64,000 nucleotides of DNA from a virus. Made by a program: the position numbers and the translations under genes. The stretch's first letter is position 1; each line of letters begins with the position of its first letter. The stretch lies in IMG/VR virus record IMGVR_UViG_3300045988_162372; one strand, given 5' to 3'. Below, in pieces: positions 56,257 to 63,580 of this stretch. The notes below the pieces were generated by a model. It made no database searches and was not told the origin of the DNA. It worked only from the letters and a program-made list of their open reading frames with translations.

Positions 56257-56360
56257 AATTTAAAGCTATAATTATTCACACTTACTTTTAAACTGAAATC
56301 ACAATAAATACAATCTCTGCATTCTTTATCAATTATTATAATATCATTATTGTTATTCAT
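56244..56360 (-). CDS. unlisted 38-aa Cys-containing mini-ORF
   Basis: Hand translation gives MNNNNDIIIIDKECRDCIYCDFSLKVSVNNYSFKLWKH. It has an ATGA overlap with the upstream stop and overlaps the next ATG, filling the gap between two genes. Confidence 0.4.
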   Translation of the reverse strand: MNNNNDIIIIDKECRDCIYCDFSLKVSVNNYSFKLWKH

Positions 56361-56701
56361 ATAATTCCTTTCTTTTGCAAATATTCAGCCATTTTGAATG
56401 CATTGAATAAGCCTAGTGGTTCATCAGAACAATCATATGCGTAATCCATTATTGTTTGGTCATCCGCATCTCCGTGTAACCAATCGTTGAAATTCTGCGT
56501 TAATCCATTGTTATATTCATCGTAATCTTCTTTATACTCAAAACATTCACGGTCATTCACGTCAATTCCGAAAATGTTTCGCATAATATATTTTGCTTCT
56601 CTTGTTGTTACAGGGCGTTTTGTAACAAGACCGTGTGAAAAATCGTTGGGAGTTAAAACCTTAATAGGAGATAAGCTGATTTTTGTTATCTTTTTCGACA
56701 T
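56357..56701 (-). CDS. hypothetical protein
   Basis: 114-aa ORF; first gene after the promoter at 56735. Confidence 0.6.
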   Translation of the reverse strand: MSKKITKISLSPIKVLTPNDFSHGLVTKRPVTTREAKYIMRNIFGIDVNDRECFEYKEDYDEYNNGLTQNFNDWLHGDADDQTIMDYAYDCSDEPLGLFNAFKMAEYLQKKGII

Positions 56702-56734
56702 AATAAAATATTTTTAAATCCATTAAACACGTTG

Positions 56735-56765
56735 CAAAGATATAAAAGAAAATACAAATCACAAA
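56735..56765 (-). promoter_or_regulatory. Bacteroides-type promoter (minus strand)
   Basis: The + strand shows caaagata at 56735-56742 and caaa at 56762-56765, with a 19-nt spacer. Confidence 0.7.
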
Positions 56766-56861
56766 ATAATTGATATTAAAATAAGTTAATAGATAAAGAA
56801 ATCTTCCAAATCAGAACAATAATACCATTTTTCTTTTTTATATTATTCTGAAATGGAAATA

Positions 56862-57671
56862 TCATTTCTTAATACACTCATACATATTGTCAGAAACAAG
56901 GGAATAATCGCCGTTATTATCATAGGCTGATTTAACTTGATTAGGAGAAAACACAATATATTCATTGACCTTTCTCATATTACCATCAACCACATTATAG
57001 ATGATGATACCGTCACAACCTTTTGCCTTAGCTTCTTTTACAAAATCCTCAGCAATACCGCTGCCATTGCCATTCAAGTTGTCAAACCTTCTTCCTTTTG
57101 CATCAATTACAAACGGTTTCACAATCCTTGCGTAAAGTCTTAATATTCCACCCTCATAACTTCTGCTCAACCATCTTTTAACCCAATCAACTCTTGTGTA
57201 ATCAGCATTTGTTTCATCACCAGTGTCCGTATTGACAAGCATGTTGCTCATTTCATTAGAATAAGGATTTGAATATTTCCTCTCAATCTTGAACAAACCT
57301 GTGGAAGCCAAATCCTTAATGAGAGTATTCAAATCGTTAAAGTCATAATCCTTGTCCATAATAGCTTTAATCTTTGGTTCGATAACATTGCCCTTATCAA
57401 TAAATCTCTTGGATGAAGAATAATCAGAAGCCAGTCTCTTGTCATCAGTAAGGAAGATAAGGCTCGTGTCAAACGTGTCAAATGTATTTGGCGTTCCATG
57501 ATACACCTCCTTTGGAGAACCGTCGTCGTTCACCACCTTACTACCTTGAAACCATCTCCAAAACGCATCATTCTGTTCGTTTGATTCAAATATATTGTTT
57601 AAATAATGAGATTGTTCTTCAGTTATTTTGAATATTCTCTTGATTTTATTTCCTTTAACTGATTTATCCAT
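56862..57671 (-). CDS. ART-like protein with the N-terminal leader motif
   Basis: Contains RIFKITEEQSHYLNNIFE, then VYHGTPNTFDTFD and LIFLTDDKRLASDYS. Confidence 0.6.
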   Translation of the reverse strand: MDKSVKGNKIKRIFKITEEQSHYLNNIFESNEQNDAFWRWFQGSKVVNDDGSPKEVYHGTPNTFDTFDTSLIFLTDDKRLASDYSSSKRFIDKGNVIEPKIKAIMDKDYDFNDLNTLIKDLASTGLFKIERKYSNPYSNEMSNMLVNTDTGDETNADYTRVDWVKRWLSRSYEGGILRLYARIVKPFVIDAKGRRFDNLNGNGSGIAEDFVKEAKAKGCDGIIIYNVVDGNMRKVNEYIVFSPNQVKSAYDNNGDYSLVSDNMYECIKK

Positions 57672-57719
57672 CTATTATATATACAAATTATATTATATAA
57701 TATAAATATGGAAATAAGG

Positions 57720-58079
57720 TTAATCATTCAAATTCTCCAATTCCCTTGTTATAGCCTTTGCAACACTGACAATATTCTTGGCATATCTATCCAATTCGTA
57801 ACTCACAATATATTCATTGGTAATATCGACCTTTGACAATACACCGACAATACATGAATGAAGAACAGAGGCAAATACATTATTAGTATTAACACTGTTA
57901 TCTTCAATGTTACCTTGATTAATTTTCGTTAAGAACATCTTACATTGATTGACAAATTGCTCGTCTGTAATGCCGTATTTCTTGGTATACACTTCTTTGA
58001 AGCTGGAATTGCTATCTACGGCATACGAGAAAAGGTTGTATGCCAAAAGTTTGAAATAGTCTTTTTCTTCTGCTTGCAT
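57720..58079 (-). CDS. hypothetical protein
   Basis: 119-aa ORF with an ATG start and its own promoter. Confidence 0.6.
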   Translation of the reverse strand: MQAEEKDYFKLLAYNLFSYAVDSNSSFKEVYTKKYGITDEQFVNQCKMFLTKINQGNIEDNSVNTNNVFASVLHSCIVGVLSKVDITNEYIVSYELDRYAKNIVSVAKAITRELENLND

Positions 58080-58113
58080 AATATTATAGTATTTGTATTT
58101 AATTGTTTAGATG

Positions 58114-58144
58114 CAAAGGTAAGAATAAAATATAGGTTTGCAAA
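58114..58144 (-). promoter_or_regulatory. Bacteroides-type promoter (minus strand)
   Basis: The + strand shows caaaggta at 58114-58121 (TACCTTTG) and caaa at 58141-58144, with a 19-nt spacer. Confidence 0.65.
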
Positions 58145-58204
58145 GAATATATAGTTAAAAAATATAATATCATAAAAAATTTTTGGATAATAAGAGGTTT
58201 GATA

Positions 58205-58239
58205 TTAAAAATGCGCACTATAAAAGAAATTAGTGCGCA
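58205..58239 (-). terminator. intrinsic terminator (minus orientation)
   Basis: tgcgcacta/tagtgcgca forms a 9-bp stem with a 10-nt loop. A 5-nt T-run follows on the minus strand. Confidence 0.6.
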
Positions 58240-58307
58240 AAAGAAAAAAACATCAAGAAGACTTTTCTGAAAATGCAAAAATTTCTGGAAAAATAATTTT
58301 TAAAAAT

Positions 58308-58337
58308 GACCCCCGAAGAAAATAAGGGGGGGGGGTC
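58308..58337. other. hairpin containing a G10 homopolymer
   Basis: gaccccc (58308-58314) pairs with gggggtc (58331-58337). The G10 run spans 58326-58335. Confidence 0.7.
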
Positions 58338-58454
58338 TATAGAAAATACAATATTATCTTTTTTTTAAGATACAGACTCTGTTTTCTAACTTTTTATTTT
58401 TTATCATTGATTTAGATGAGCAAGCGTTGCCCTGTATTTCACATATTTTAATAT

Positions 58455-58514
58455 CCCTTAACGTAAGGGGGGTTACATGCTAAGGGCTACATACCCACCC
58501 CTCCCTACGTAGGG
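58455..58514. repeat. pair of related GC-clamped palindromes
   Basis: cccttaacgtaaggg at 58455-58469 and the perfect 12-bp palindrome ccctacgtaggg at 58503-58514. Between them lie ttacatgc and ctacatac, and a cacgtg core follows at 58526-58531. Confidence 0.7.
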
Positions 58515-58544
58515 GTATATTGTTCCACGTGAAACGAAATGTTA

Positions 58545-58583
58545 ATAAAAATAAAAGGAACTGAAATAATATCAATTCCTTTT
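58545..58583 (-). terminator. terminator of the DUF932-like gene
   Basis: aaaaggaa/ttcctttt forms an 8-bp stem, followed on the minus strand by atttttatt. Confidence 0.6.
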
Positions 58584-58609
58584 ATTTGTTAAATATGGCT
58601 AAAATCTTT

Positions 58610-59734
58610 TTAAGCCACAAGCATTCTGTATGCGTTGTCAAGTTTGCGCAAGTCAGTTCCGTCAGTCAGGCTTTCAAACTTGTCCTCATTCGTCTTGTAC
58701 TTCTTTTCGTTTGAGAAGAAAGTGGTCAATCCGTTGAGAAGCCACAACTTTGTTCCCCGATAGCTGTCCTGTCCAATACCGCTTTCGATAGTGTTGCGCA
58801 AGGCTATGATGCGGTTTTTCATTGTAGTGGAAATTTCGTCTACCTTATCAAGTTTGTAGTCTGCTTTTGCAAGTGCTTTGAGTTCTTCATTCTTCTTGTC
58901 ACCAAGAGTGATGGCAGCAGTAAACTTCATAACATAGTTGTCATCTACTTTGTCTGCACACAAGTTTAGCAAAGACTGCTTAAAAGATTCCTTGAAAGCC
59001 TTGTGTCGTGCTAAAATGTCGATGGCGTGTTTCATATTTTCTTGATTCCACTCAAGGCGTGAATTGACGTTTGCCGTATGCTTGTAAATAAGTTTGTTTG
59101 AAGCGGTTTTCAACGCCATGTTAAGGGTGTTCTGACAAATAACACGGATGGGGGTGAAGAGTACAGTCACTGCACCACTTCCATCATGTGTGTTGGTGAA
59201 AAGTATGTAGTCATTGATAGGGTCATACCCGTTGTCATTCAAGAAAATGTCTGAAGGCAACTTTGCAGTCACGTACATACGTTCACCGTCACCCAAAATA
59301 CCTGCCGTTTCGATAACTGCTTTGTCATAGCCTTCAACACCCGAAGCAAGCAAGTCAATGAACTCAAAAGCCTTAGAATTCTGTACTACACCATACTTAG
59401 AGCCTACCACGCCAAGCGTAAGGTTTCTATCTGTGCGTACCGTTGCCATGTGTGATTGGATAATCATATCACGGGTAAGTGTTGTGCCTACTGACGGCAT
59501 ACCTTCCATAATAGAGTGGTACAAAGAGTCTGGGATGCGGATAAGATGTTCCTTTTCCACTTGATAGTCTGCGCCTACTGCGTCAATAGCCTCCTTGATA
59601 GTCACGGGTGAAGAGAAGTTCTTGCATCCTTGAATACCCTGCCAAGCAATAGGTTTAGCTTCGGTTCTTACTGCCACTTGTGTTCCACTTACTGCGTTCA
59701 TAACTGCTGCTGCATTGTTCATTGCTATTTCCAT
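58610..59734 (-). CDS. DUF932-like (phage/plasmid-like protein TIGR03299 type)
   Basis: LGVVGSKYGVVQN, ETAGILGDGERMYVTAKL and NTHDGSGAVTVLFTPIRVICQNTL match the motifs I recall for DUF932. Confidence 0.8.
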   Translation of the reverse strand: MEIAMNNAAAVMNAVSGTQVAVRTEAKPIAWQGIQGCKNFSSPVTIKEAIDAVGADYQVEKEHLIRIPDSLYHSIMEGMPSVGTTLTRDMIIQSHMATVRTDRNLTLGVVGSKYGVVQNSKAFEFIDLLASGVEGYDKAVIETAGILGDGERMYVTAKLPSDIFLNDNGYDPINDYILFTNTHDGSGAVTVLFTPIRVICQNTLNMALKTASNKLIYKHTANVNSRLEWNQENMKHAIDILARHKAFKESFKQSLLNLCADKVDDNYVMKFTAAITLGDKKNEELKALAKADYKLDKVDEISTTMKNRIIALRNTIESGIGQDSYRGTKLWLLNGLTTFFSNEKKYKTNEDKFESLTDGTDLRKLDNAYRMLVA

Positions 59735-59789
59735 AATGATAATGTATTAAAATGTTTCTACTTATGTTGTCTATCTCTTTTTGACGTTG

Positions 59790-59821
59790 CAAAGATACTA
59801 CTTAATTTTTTATCCTGCAAA
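59790..59821 (-). promoter_or_regulatory. Bacteroides-type promoter (minus strand)
   Basis: caaagata at 59790-59797 and caaa at 59818-59821, with a 20-nt spacer. The upstream string atttttcaattagaattttt recurs at 60221 and 61428. Confidence 0.7.
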
Positions 59822-59846
59822 TTTTTCAATTAGAATTTTTGTACGA

Positions 59847-60149
59847 TTAACTTTCTTTAATGAATACTTCTTCTTTAATTTTCTCAACCTCTTTTGGATT
59901 TAAGGGTATGCTTGCGGACTTTACTATTTTGAAAAGGACTATCATCCGTTGTGTGCCCATGTTGTTTGTCCACTTGTCAAGCGTCAAGGTGTTTTTTGTT
60001 TGTTTCAAGACGGGCAGGTAGGATCTGTTCGCCAAGTCCTTTATATAAAGTTGTGCATCCATCATTGAGGAAAAACGACTCTTTACAAGTCCTGTTGTTA
60101 CGTTATTCTTTGTAATGTCATACCGAACTACTGAAATCATCTGTGCCAT
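59847..60149 (-). CDS. small hypothetical protein, paralog of 61063..61362
   Basis: FKIVKSASIPLNPKEVEKIKEE aligns with FKIIKSAYIPAPPKEVKEIQTK. The two proteins are about the same length. Confidence 0.65.
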   Translation of the reverse strand: MAQMISVVRYDITKNNVTTGLVKSRFSSMMDAQLYIKDLANRSYLPVLKQTKNTLTLDKWTNNMGTQRMIVLFKIVKSASIPLNPKEVEKIKEEVFIKES

Positions 60150-60189
60150 AATCCTTATATGTTTTATATGTTATTTCCTTAATTCGATG

Positions 60190-60220
60190 CAAAGGTAACG
60201 CTTTTCTTTGTGTCTACAAA
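60190..60220 (-). promoter_or_regulatory. Bacteroides-type promoter (minus strand)
   Basis: caaaggta at 60190-60197 and caaa at 60217-60220, with a 19-nt spacer. Confidence 0.7.
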
Positions 60221-60307
60221 ATTTTTCAGATAGAATTTTTAGCAGGATAAGATTTTTTTAATTGATTGATATTGAATTGCTAAATGAAGTTAAATAAACG
60301 TCTGAAA

Positions 60308-60339
60308 TTTGGCTATGTCCAGGAAAATGCTTACCTTTG
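60308..60339 (+). promoter_or_regulatory. Bacteroides-type promoter of sRNA copy A
   Basis: TTTG at 60308-60311, a 20-nt spacer, then TACCTTTG at 60332-60339. No ORF lies downstream. Confidence 0.65.
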
Positions 60340-60344
60340 TAGTG

Positions 60345-60468
60345 TTGAAAGAGATAAGGAGGTAAGGGTAAAACCTTAGAGTTTAGACTCCTTTGGAATT
60401 AATTTTTATTTGTTAATAGGTTTAAAAATAAAGCAACAAACCTTAACATTGGAATGTTGCTTTTGCTT
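60345..60468 (+). ncRNA. candidate small RNA, copy A (ends approximate)
   Basis: A promoter, a conserved core (TAGTGTTGAAAGAGATAAGG...) and a hairpin TAAGG-GTAAAA-CCTTA at 60363-60378, then CTCC and a terminator at 60429-60464. It has no coding potential. Confidence 0.55.
60429..60464. terminator. bidirectional terminator
   Basis: aaagcaaca/tgttgcttt stem with U-runs on both strands, between sRNA A (+) and gene 60473..60808 (-). Confidence 0.65.
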
Positions 60469-60472
60469 TATG

Positions 60473-60808
60473 TTACTTTGTTATGGATATTTTCATACGT
60501 CTAATTTTAGGGTCGTTCACGAAAGATAACATGGTATTCGTATATCTTTCGACTGCACCGACTTCATACAATTCTTGAGGGAAAGTCTTATTTGCATAAT
60601 CGTACAGTTGACTAACCCTTTGCAAACTATATTTGTGAAGTTCTGCATTTTTCCTGCAAACGGCTTTGATGTAGTTCAGTCTGAAAATCAAAGCCTCCCA
60701 ACTTCTTTCAAAAAGTATGTATTTTTTACTTCTCAATTCGGCAAGCTGCTTTTTATTGAGCTTATTGCGACTTGACTTCTTAATCTTATATGTTTTTACC
60801 AACTGCAT
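60473..60808 (-). CDS. small basic hypothetical protein
   Basis: 111-aa ORF with an ATG start; last gene of a three-gene operon. Confidence 0.6.
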   Translation of the reverse strand: MQLVKTYKIKKSSRNKLNKKQLAELRSKKYILFERSWEALIFRLNYIKAVCRKNAELHKYSLQRVSQLYDYANKTFPQELYEVGAVERYTNTMLSFVNDPKIRRMKISITK

Positions 60809-60828
60809 AATCTTTTTCCTCCTTTGTT

Positions 60829-61056
60829 TTATTTCGTTTCAAACACTACTTTGTTATCACCGTCACGAAGTTGTATCTTAAGATTGATACCTTTGTTAAG
60901 GTCAGCAAGTTCCTGCAATTTGCGTTTATTTTCGTCCGTTGCAGCCAAAAGCGTACAATATATCTTACGGGTGACAGGATAACCTTCGTTTATATCAAAG
61001 GCTGTAAACTTGTTCAGACCATCATACTTTGCATAAGTGAAAAATTCTTTGTTCAT
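60829..61056 (-). CDS. small hypothetical protein
   Basis: 75-aa ORF with an ATG start. Confidence 0.55.
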   Translation of the reverse strand: MNKEFFTYAKYDGLNKFTAFDINEGYPVTRKIYCTLLAATDENKRKLQELADLNKGINLKIQLRDGDNKVVFETK

Positions 61057-61062
61057 ATCTTT

Positions 61063-61362
61063 TTATTTAAGTTCGTCTTTTAATTTAGTTTGTATCTCTT
61101 TTACTTCTTTCGGTGGTGCGGGTATGTATGCCGATTTTATTATCTTAAAATACCATAACACTGAAGTGTCACTTGCAGAACGACAAGCAAGCAATCTGTT
61201 TTTCGTTTGTCTCAATATCTTTACATTATGCTTGTTAGCTGATTTTACAAACTTCTTAATACAGGTTTGTGCTTCTACCATAGTGAAACATAAACTTTTT
61301 TGTACATAGCTTGAAACATAGTCCTTTGCTATCTCATATCTCATAATTCTTATATATTCCAT
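61063..61362 (-). CDS. small hypothetical protein, paralog of 59847..60149
   Basis: See 59847..60149. Confidence 0.65.
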   Translation of the reverse strand: MEYIRIMRYEIAKDYVSSYVQKSLCFTMVEAQTCIKKFVKSANKHNVKILRQTKNRLLACRSASDTSVLWYFKIIKSAYIPAPPKEVKEIQTKLKDELK

Positions 61363-61395
61363 ATCTTTATTATTCCTATGTTTTTAATTACACTG

Positions 61396-61427
61396 CAAAG
61401 ATAGTGTTTTATTCTGATACATGCAAA
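61396..61427 (-). promoter_or_regulatory. Bacteroides-type promoter (minus strand)
   Basis: caaagata at 61396-61403 and caaa at 61424-61427, with a 20-nt spacer. Confidence 0.7.
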
Positions 61428-61444
61428 TTTTCACATAGAAATTT

Positions 61445-61557
61445 TCTATTAAAAATTGTTAATAGATTAAAGACATTTTAACTAATTTATATTAGTTCCA
61501 ACGGAGACAATACTTTAGAATTTTACTTCTACTTCTTTCAAACTATCTTTCTTTTGA
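61445..61557 (-). ncRNA. candidate small RNA, copy C (ends approximate, most diverged)
   Basis: The minus strand reads TATTGTCAAAAGAAAGATAG..., then the hairpin TAGAA-GTAAAA-TTCTA (61516-61531), then AAGTATTGTCTCC. It has no ORF. Confidence 0.5.
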
Positions 61558-61562
61558 CAATA

Positions 61563-61593
61563 CAAAGGTAGCGAAAAAATCTTCCGCTACCAA
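61563..61593 (-). promoter_or_regulatory. Bacteroides-type promoter of sRNA copy C
   Basis: caaaggta at 61563-61570 and caaa at 61590-61593, with a 19-nt spacer. Confidence 0.65.
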
Positions 61594-61616
61594 ATTATTT
61601 TAGTTAAACGATGTTA

Positions 61617-61805
61617 TTAACTTGTTAAAAGATGATAAGACGTTGTTCCGAAAGTTTTGTTTTCAATCCTGCACACTCCTGCCTTAATTGTTCCCCTATT
61701 TATTTCGCCTACCAAAAACCAATAATAATCTTCAGTTATTGCATTAGCCCTACTTGCAGGGCTGATATACTTTGCTTCGGGGTGTATGTTAAAATGTATT
61801 CCCAT
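61617..61805 (-). CDS. doubtful small ORF
   Basis: 62-aa ORF with an ATG start. A ggtagggg/cccctacc hairpin (61828-61850) precedes it. Confidence 0.35.
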   Translation of the reverse strand: MGIHFNIHPEAKYISPASRANAITEDYYWFLVGEINRGTIKAGVCRIENKTFGTTSYHLLTS

Positions 61806-61860
61806 AATGTTGCCTACTATGTTAATGGTAGGGGTTATTTTCCCCTACCATTTGTTTTAT

Positions 61861-62196
61861 TTATTCCATCATTCTATTTTGTATGTCTTCTAAGGCTGTA
61901 TTTCCGCTGTTTAATATAGCTCCTTCAATTATCAACCTCCTAAGTTCGATAGTTTGTTTTTCTCTATCCACCATACTATCTTTTACTTTAATGAAAAGAC
62001 CTCCTTTTTTATTTTTCTTAACTTGAATGCTTGCATCCTTGCCACAATCTTTGTTGTAGTATTGTTCGGCATATCGCTGTGCTTCCGTTATATTGTCAAA
62101 CACACACAATATAAAATTGCTTGTTTGCAACGTCTGAAATGTGTTATCACAAATTTCTGACTCATAACGGGCTACATACGTGACTTTCATTTCCAT
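61861..62196 (-). CDS. small hypothetical protein
   Basis: The track start 62247 (non-ATG) lies inside the -7 box. The ATG at 62196 gives MEMKVTYVARYE. Confidence 0.6.
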   Translation of the reverse strand: MEMKVTYVARYESEICDNTFQTLQTSNFILCVFDNITEAQRYAEQYYNKDCGKDASIQVKKNKKGGLFIKVKDSMVDREKQTIELRRLIIEGAILNSGNTALEDIQNRMME

Positions 62197-62244
62197 ATCA
62201 CTTTCAATTTTAATTGTTAGACTTGTTATTTCCTTTTGACGTTG

Positions 62245-62276
62245 CAAAGGTAATACTTTTCTTTTTATTATCCAAA
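62245..62276 (-). promoter_or_regulatory. Bacteroides-type promoter (minus strand)
   Basis: caaaggta at 62245-62252 and caaa at 62273-62276, with a 20-nt spacer. Confidence 0.7.
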
Positions 62277-62412
62277 AATTATATGAAAATAAACGTTAAT
62301 AAATTGTGAATAAATGTTAGTCTTAAAATAAGGCTTTCTGTGGCTTTATTCCTGCAAAGATAATGAAGTTATCCATTTGTATATGAAAGTCGCTCAGAAC
62401 GCAAAAGAATAG

Positions 62413-62450
62413 GCAAAAACAAAGCCTCCACGTTTCACAACGGGAAGGCT
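62413..62450 (-). terminator. intrinsic terminator (minus orientation)
   Basis: agcctccacgtt/aacgggaaggct forms a stem with 10 of 12 positions paired, followed by ttgttttt on the minus strand. Confidence 0.55.
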
Positions 62451-62489
62451 CTTTCATTATTAACCATAAAAACAAAATAGAATTTTTTT

Positions 62490-62957
62490 TTATGCCTTGT
62501 ATGGATAACCGCCTGTATACTTTTCCACTTCTACCATAACATTATCAAAGTAATCAAGCATTTTCTTGCAAAGGTCTTTTTCAGACTTAAACTTGCTTTT
62601 TCTGAACTTCTTTCCGCCTTCGTCCACATATACCTGCTGAATTGACTTCATAGCATAGTATTTGTACTTTTCACTTTGTTTGTCGGCTTCATTCAGATAG
62701 ACGTGCCCAAAGGAATGTATTTCTACCTTATTTTCCTTATGATTGACACAGAAACAAATGTAAACAGAATTCATATCAATTCCATGCGGATAGTCCTCTT
62801 TGTTAAGTGCGTCAAGCCGAACAAACTGCATATAAGGGCAAAGGCTGCTCGGTTTTTCCTCAACCATAACTTGCTTTACAAACTTGTTATCGCTTGCAAT
62901 TTTCTTAATCTCCTTTGCTACTTTGGCAAATACTTCGTTATAAACACTTGTTTCCAT
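62490..62957 (-). CDS. hypothetical protein
   Basis: The track start 62990 lies in the -7 box. The ATG at 62957 gives METSVYNEVFAKV. Confidence 0.65.
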   Translation of the reverse strand: METSVYNEVFAKVAKEIKKIASDNKFVKQVMVEEKPSSLCPYMQFVRLDALNKEDYPHGIDMNSVYICFCVNHKENKVEIHSFGHVYLNEADKQSEKYKYYAMKSIQQVYVDEGGKKFRKSKFKSEKDLCKKMLDYFDNVMVEVEKYTGGYPYKA

Positions 62958-62987
62958 ATTGTTGTATGTCTTATTGTTTTTACTTTG

Positions 62988-63019
62988 CAAAGGTAAGGAG
63001 AATTTTTCTCCCTACCAAA
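62988..63019 (-). promoter_or_regulatory. Bacteroides-type promoter (minus strand)
   Basis: caaaggta at 62988-62995 and caaa at 63016-63019, with a 20-nt spacer. The -33 context ctaccaaatttt is shared with 61586 and 63463. Confidence 0.7.
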
Positions 63020-63038
63020 TTTTTTGTATTAAAAAGTG

Positions 63039-63410
63039 TTAATCATCTTCATTTTCTTCTTGTTCTTCTCTTTCGTCTATTTCTCGTTCAAAAGCCATAA
63101 CTACATTCAGTAACTGAATTCTATCATAGCAATAAGAGCGCACTTTGTGTTCTGTTTCCATGTCTGTGCCGTTTAGTCCATCCATAAGGTAGCCACACAA
63201 AGTAATACCTATTTTTTCTCTTACAATGCCCGTAAGCATATATGTCCTGCCGTCATAGTCCATAAAAGTATTGTCCTCAGAAGGGTTATCCAAAGTAAGC
63301 ATACCGCCTACGCCGCCTAACAAATCAGTCAGGGTTGACTGAATGTTGTTTATAACACTTCTTGCGCTTTTTGCAAGGCTTACCAAAATGATGTCGTTGT
63401 ATTCTTTCAT
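63039..63410 (-). CDS. hypothetical protein with an acidic tail
   Basis: The track start 63440 lies in the -7 box. The ATG at 63410 gives MKEYNDIILVSLAK. Confidence 0.65.
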   Translation of the reverse strand: MKEYNDIILVSLAKSARSVINNIQSTLTDLLGGVGGMLTLDNPSEDNTFMDYDGRTYMLTGIVREKIGITLCGYLMDGLNGTDMETEHKVRSYCYDRIQLLNVVMAFEREIDEREEQEENEDD

Positions 63411-63437
63411 ATTTCTATCTGTTTTGATTTTGTACTG

Positions 63438-63469
63438 CAAAGGTAAGCAATTTATTTCATGCTACCAAA
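63438..63469 (-). promoter_or_regulatory. Bacteroides-type promoter (minus strand)
   Basis: caaaggta at 63438-63445 and caaa at 63466-63469, with a 20-nt spacer. Confidence 0.7.
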
Positions 63470-63543
63470 TTTTAAACCATTTCTTATACTTGATTAACAA
63501 AAACATCTCATTTTGTTAAATCCATGTTAAAAGAGGAAAAATG

Positions 63544-63575
63544 TTTGGATAATCTGGATTTTCTTTGTATCTTTG
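63544..63575 (+). promoter_or_regulatory. Bacteroides-type promoter of sRNA copy B
   Basis: TTTG at 63544-63547, a 20-nt spacer, then TATCTTTG at 63568-63575. Confidence 0.65.
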
Positions 63576-63580
63576 TAGTG

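Noticed and set aside
58240-58560. A possible tRNA or tmRNA, or a CRISPR-like array, in the GC-rich spacer.
   Set aside because: No cloverleaf or T-loop (GTTCGAATC-like) sequence is present. The repeated elements are palindromes of different sequence, not regularly spaced direct repeats.
62355-62362. A further minus-strand -7 box (caaagata) between 62276 and 62413, as a fourth sRNA or a tandem promoter.
   Set aside because: It has no correctly spaced -33. The downstream sequence lacks the conserved core and the covarying hairpin of the three sRNA copies.
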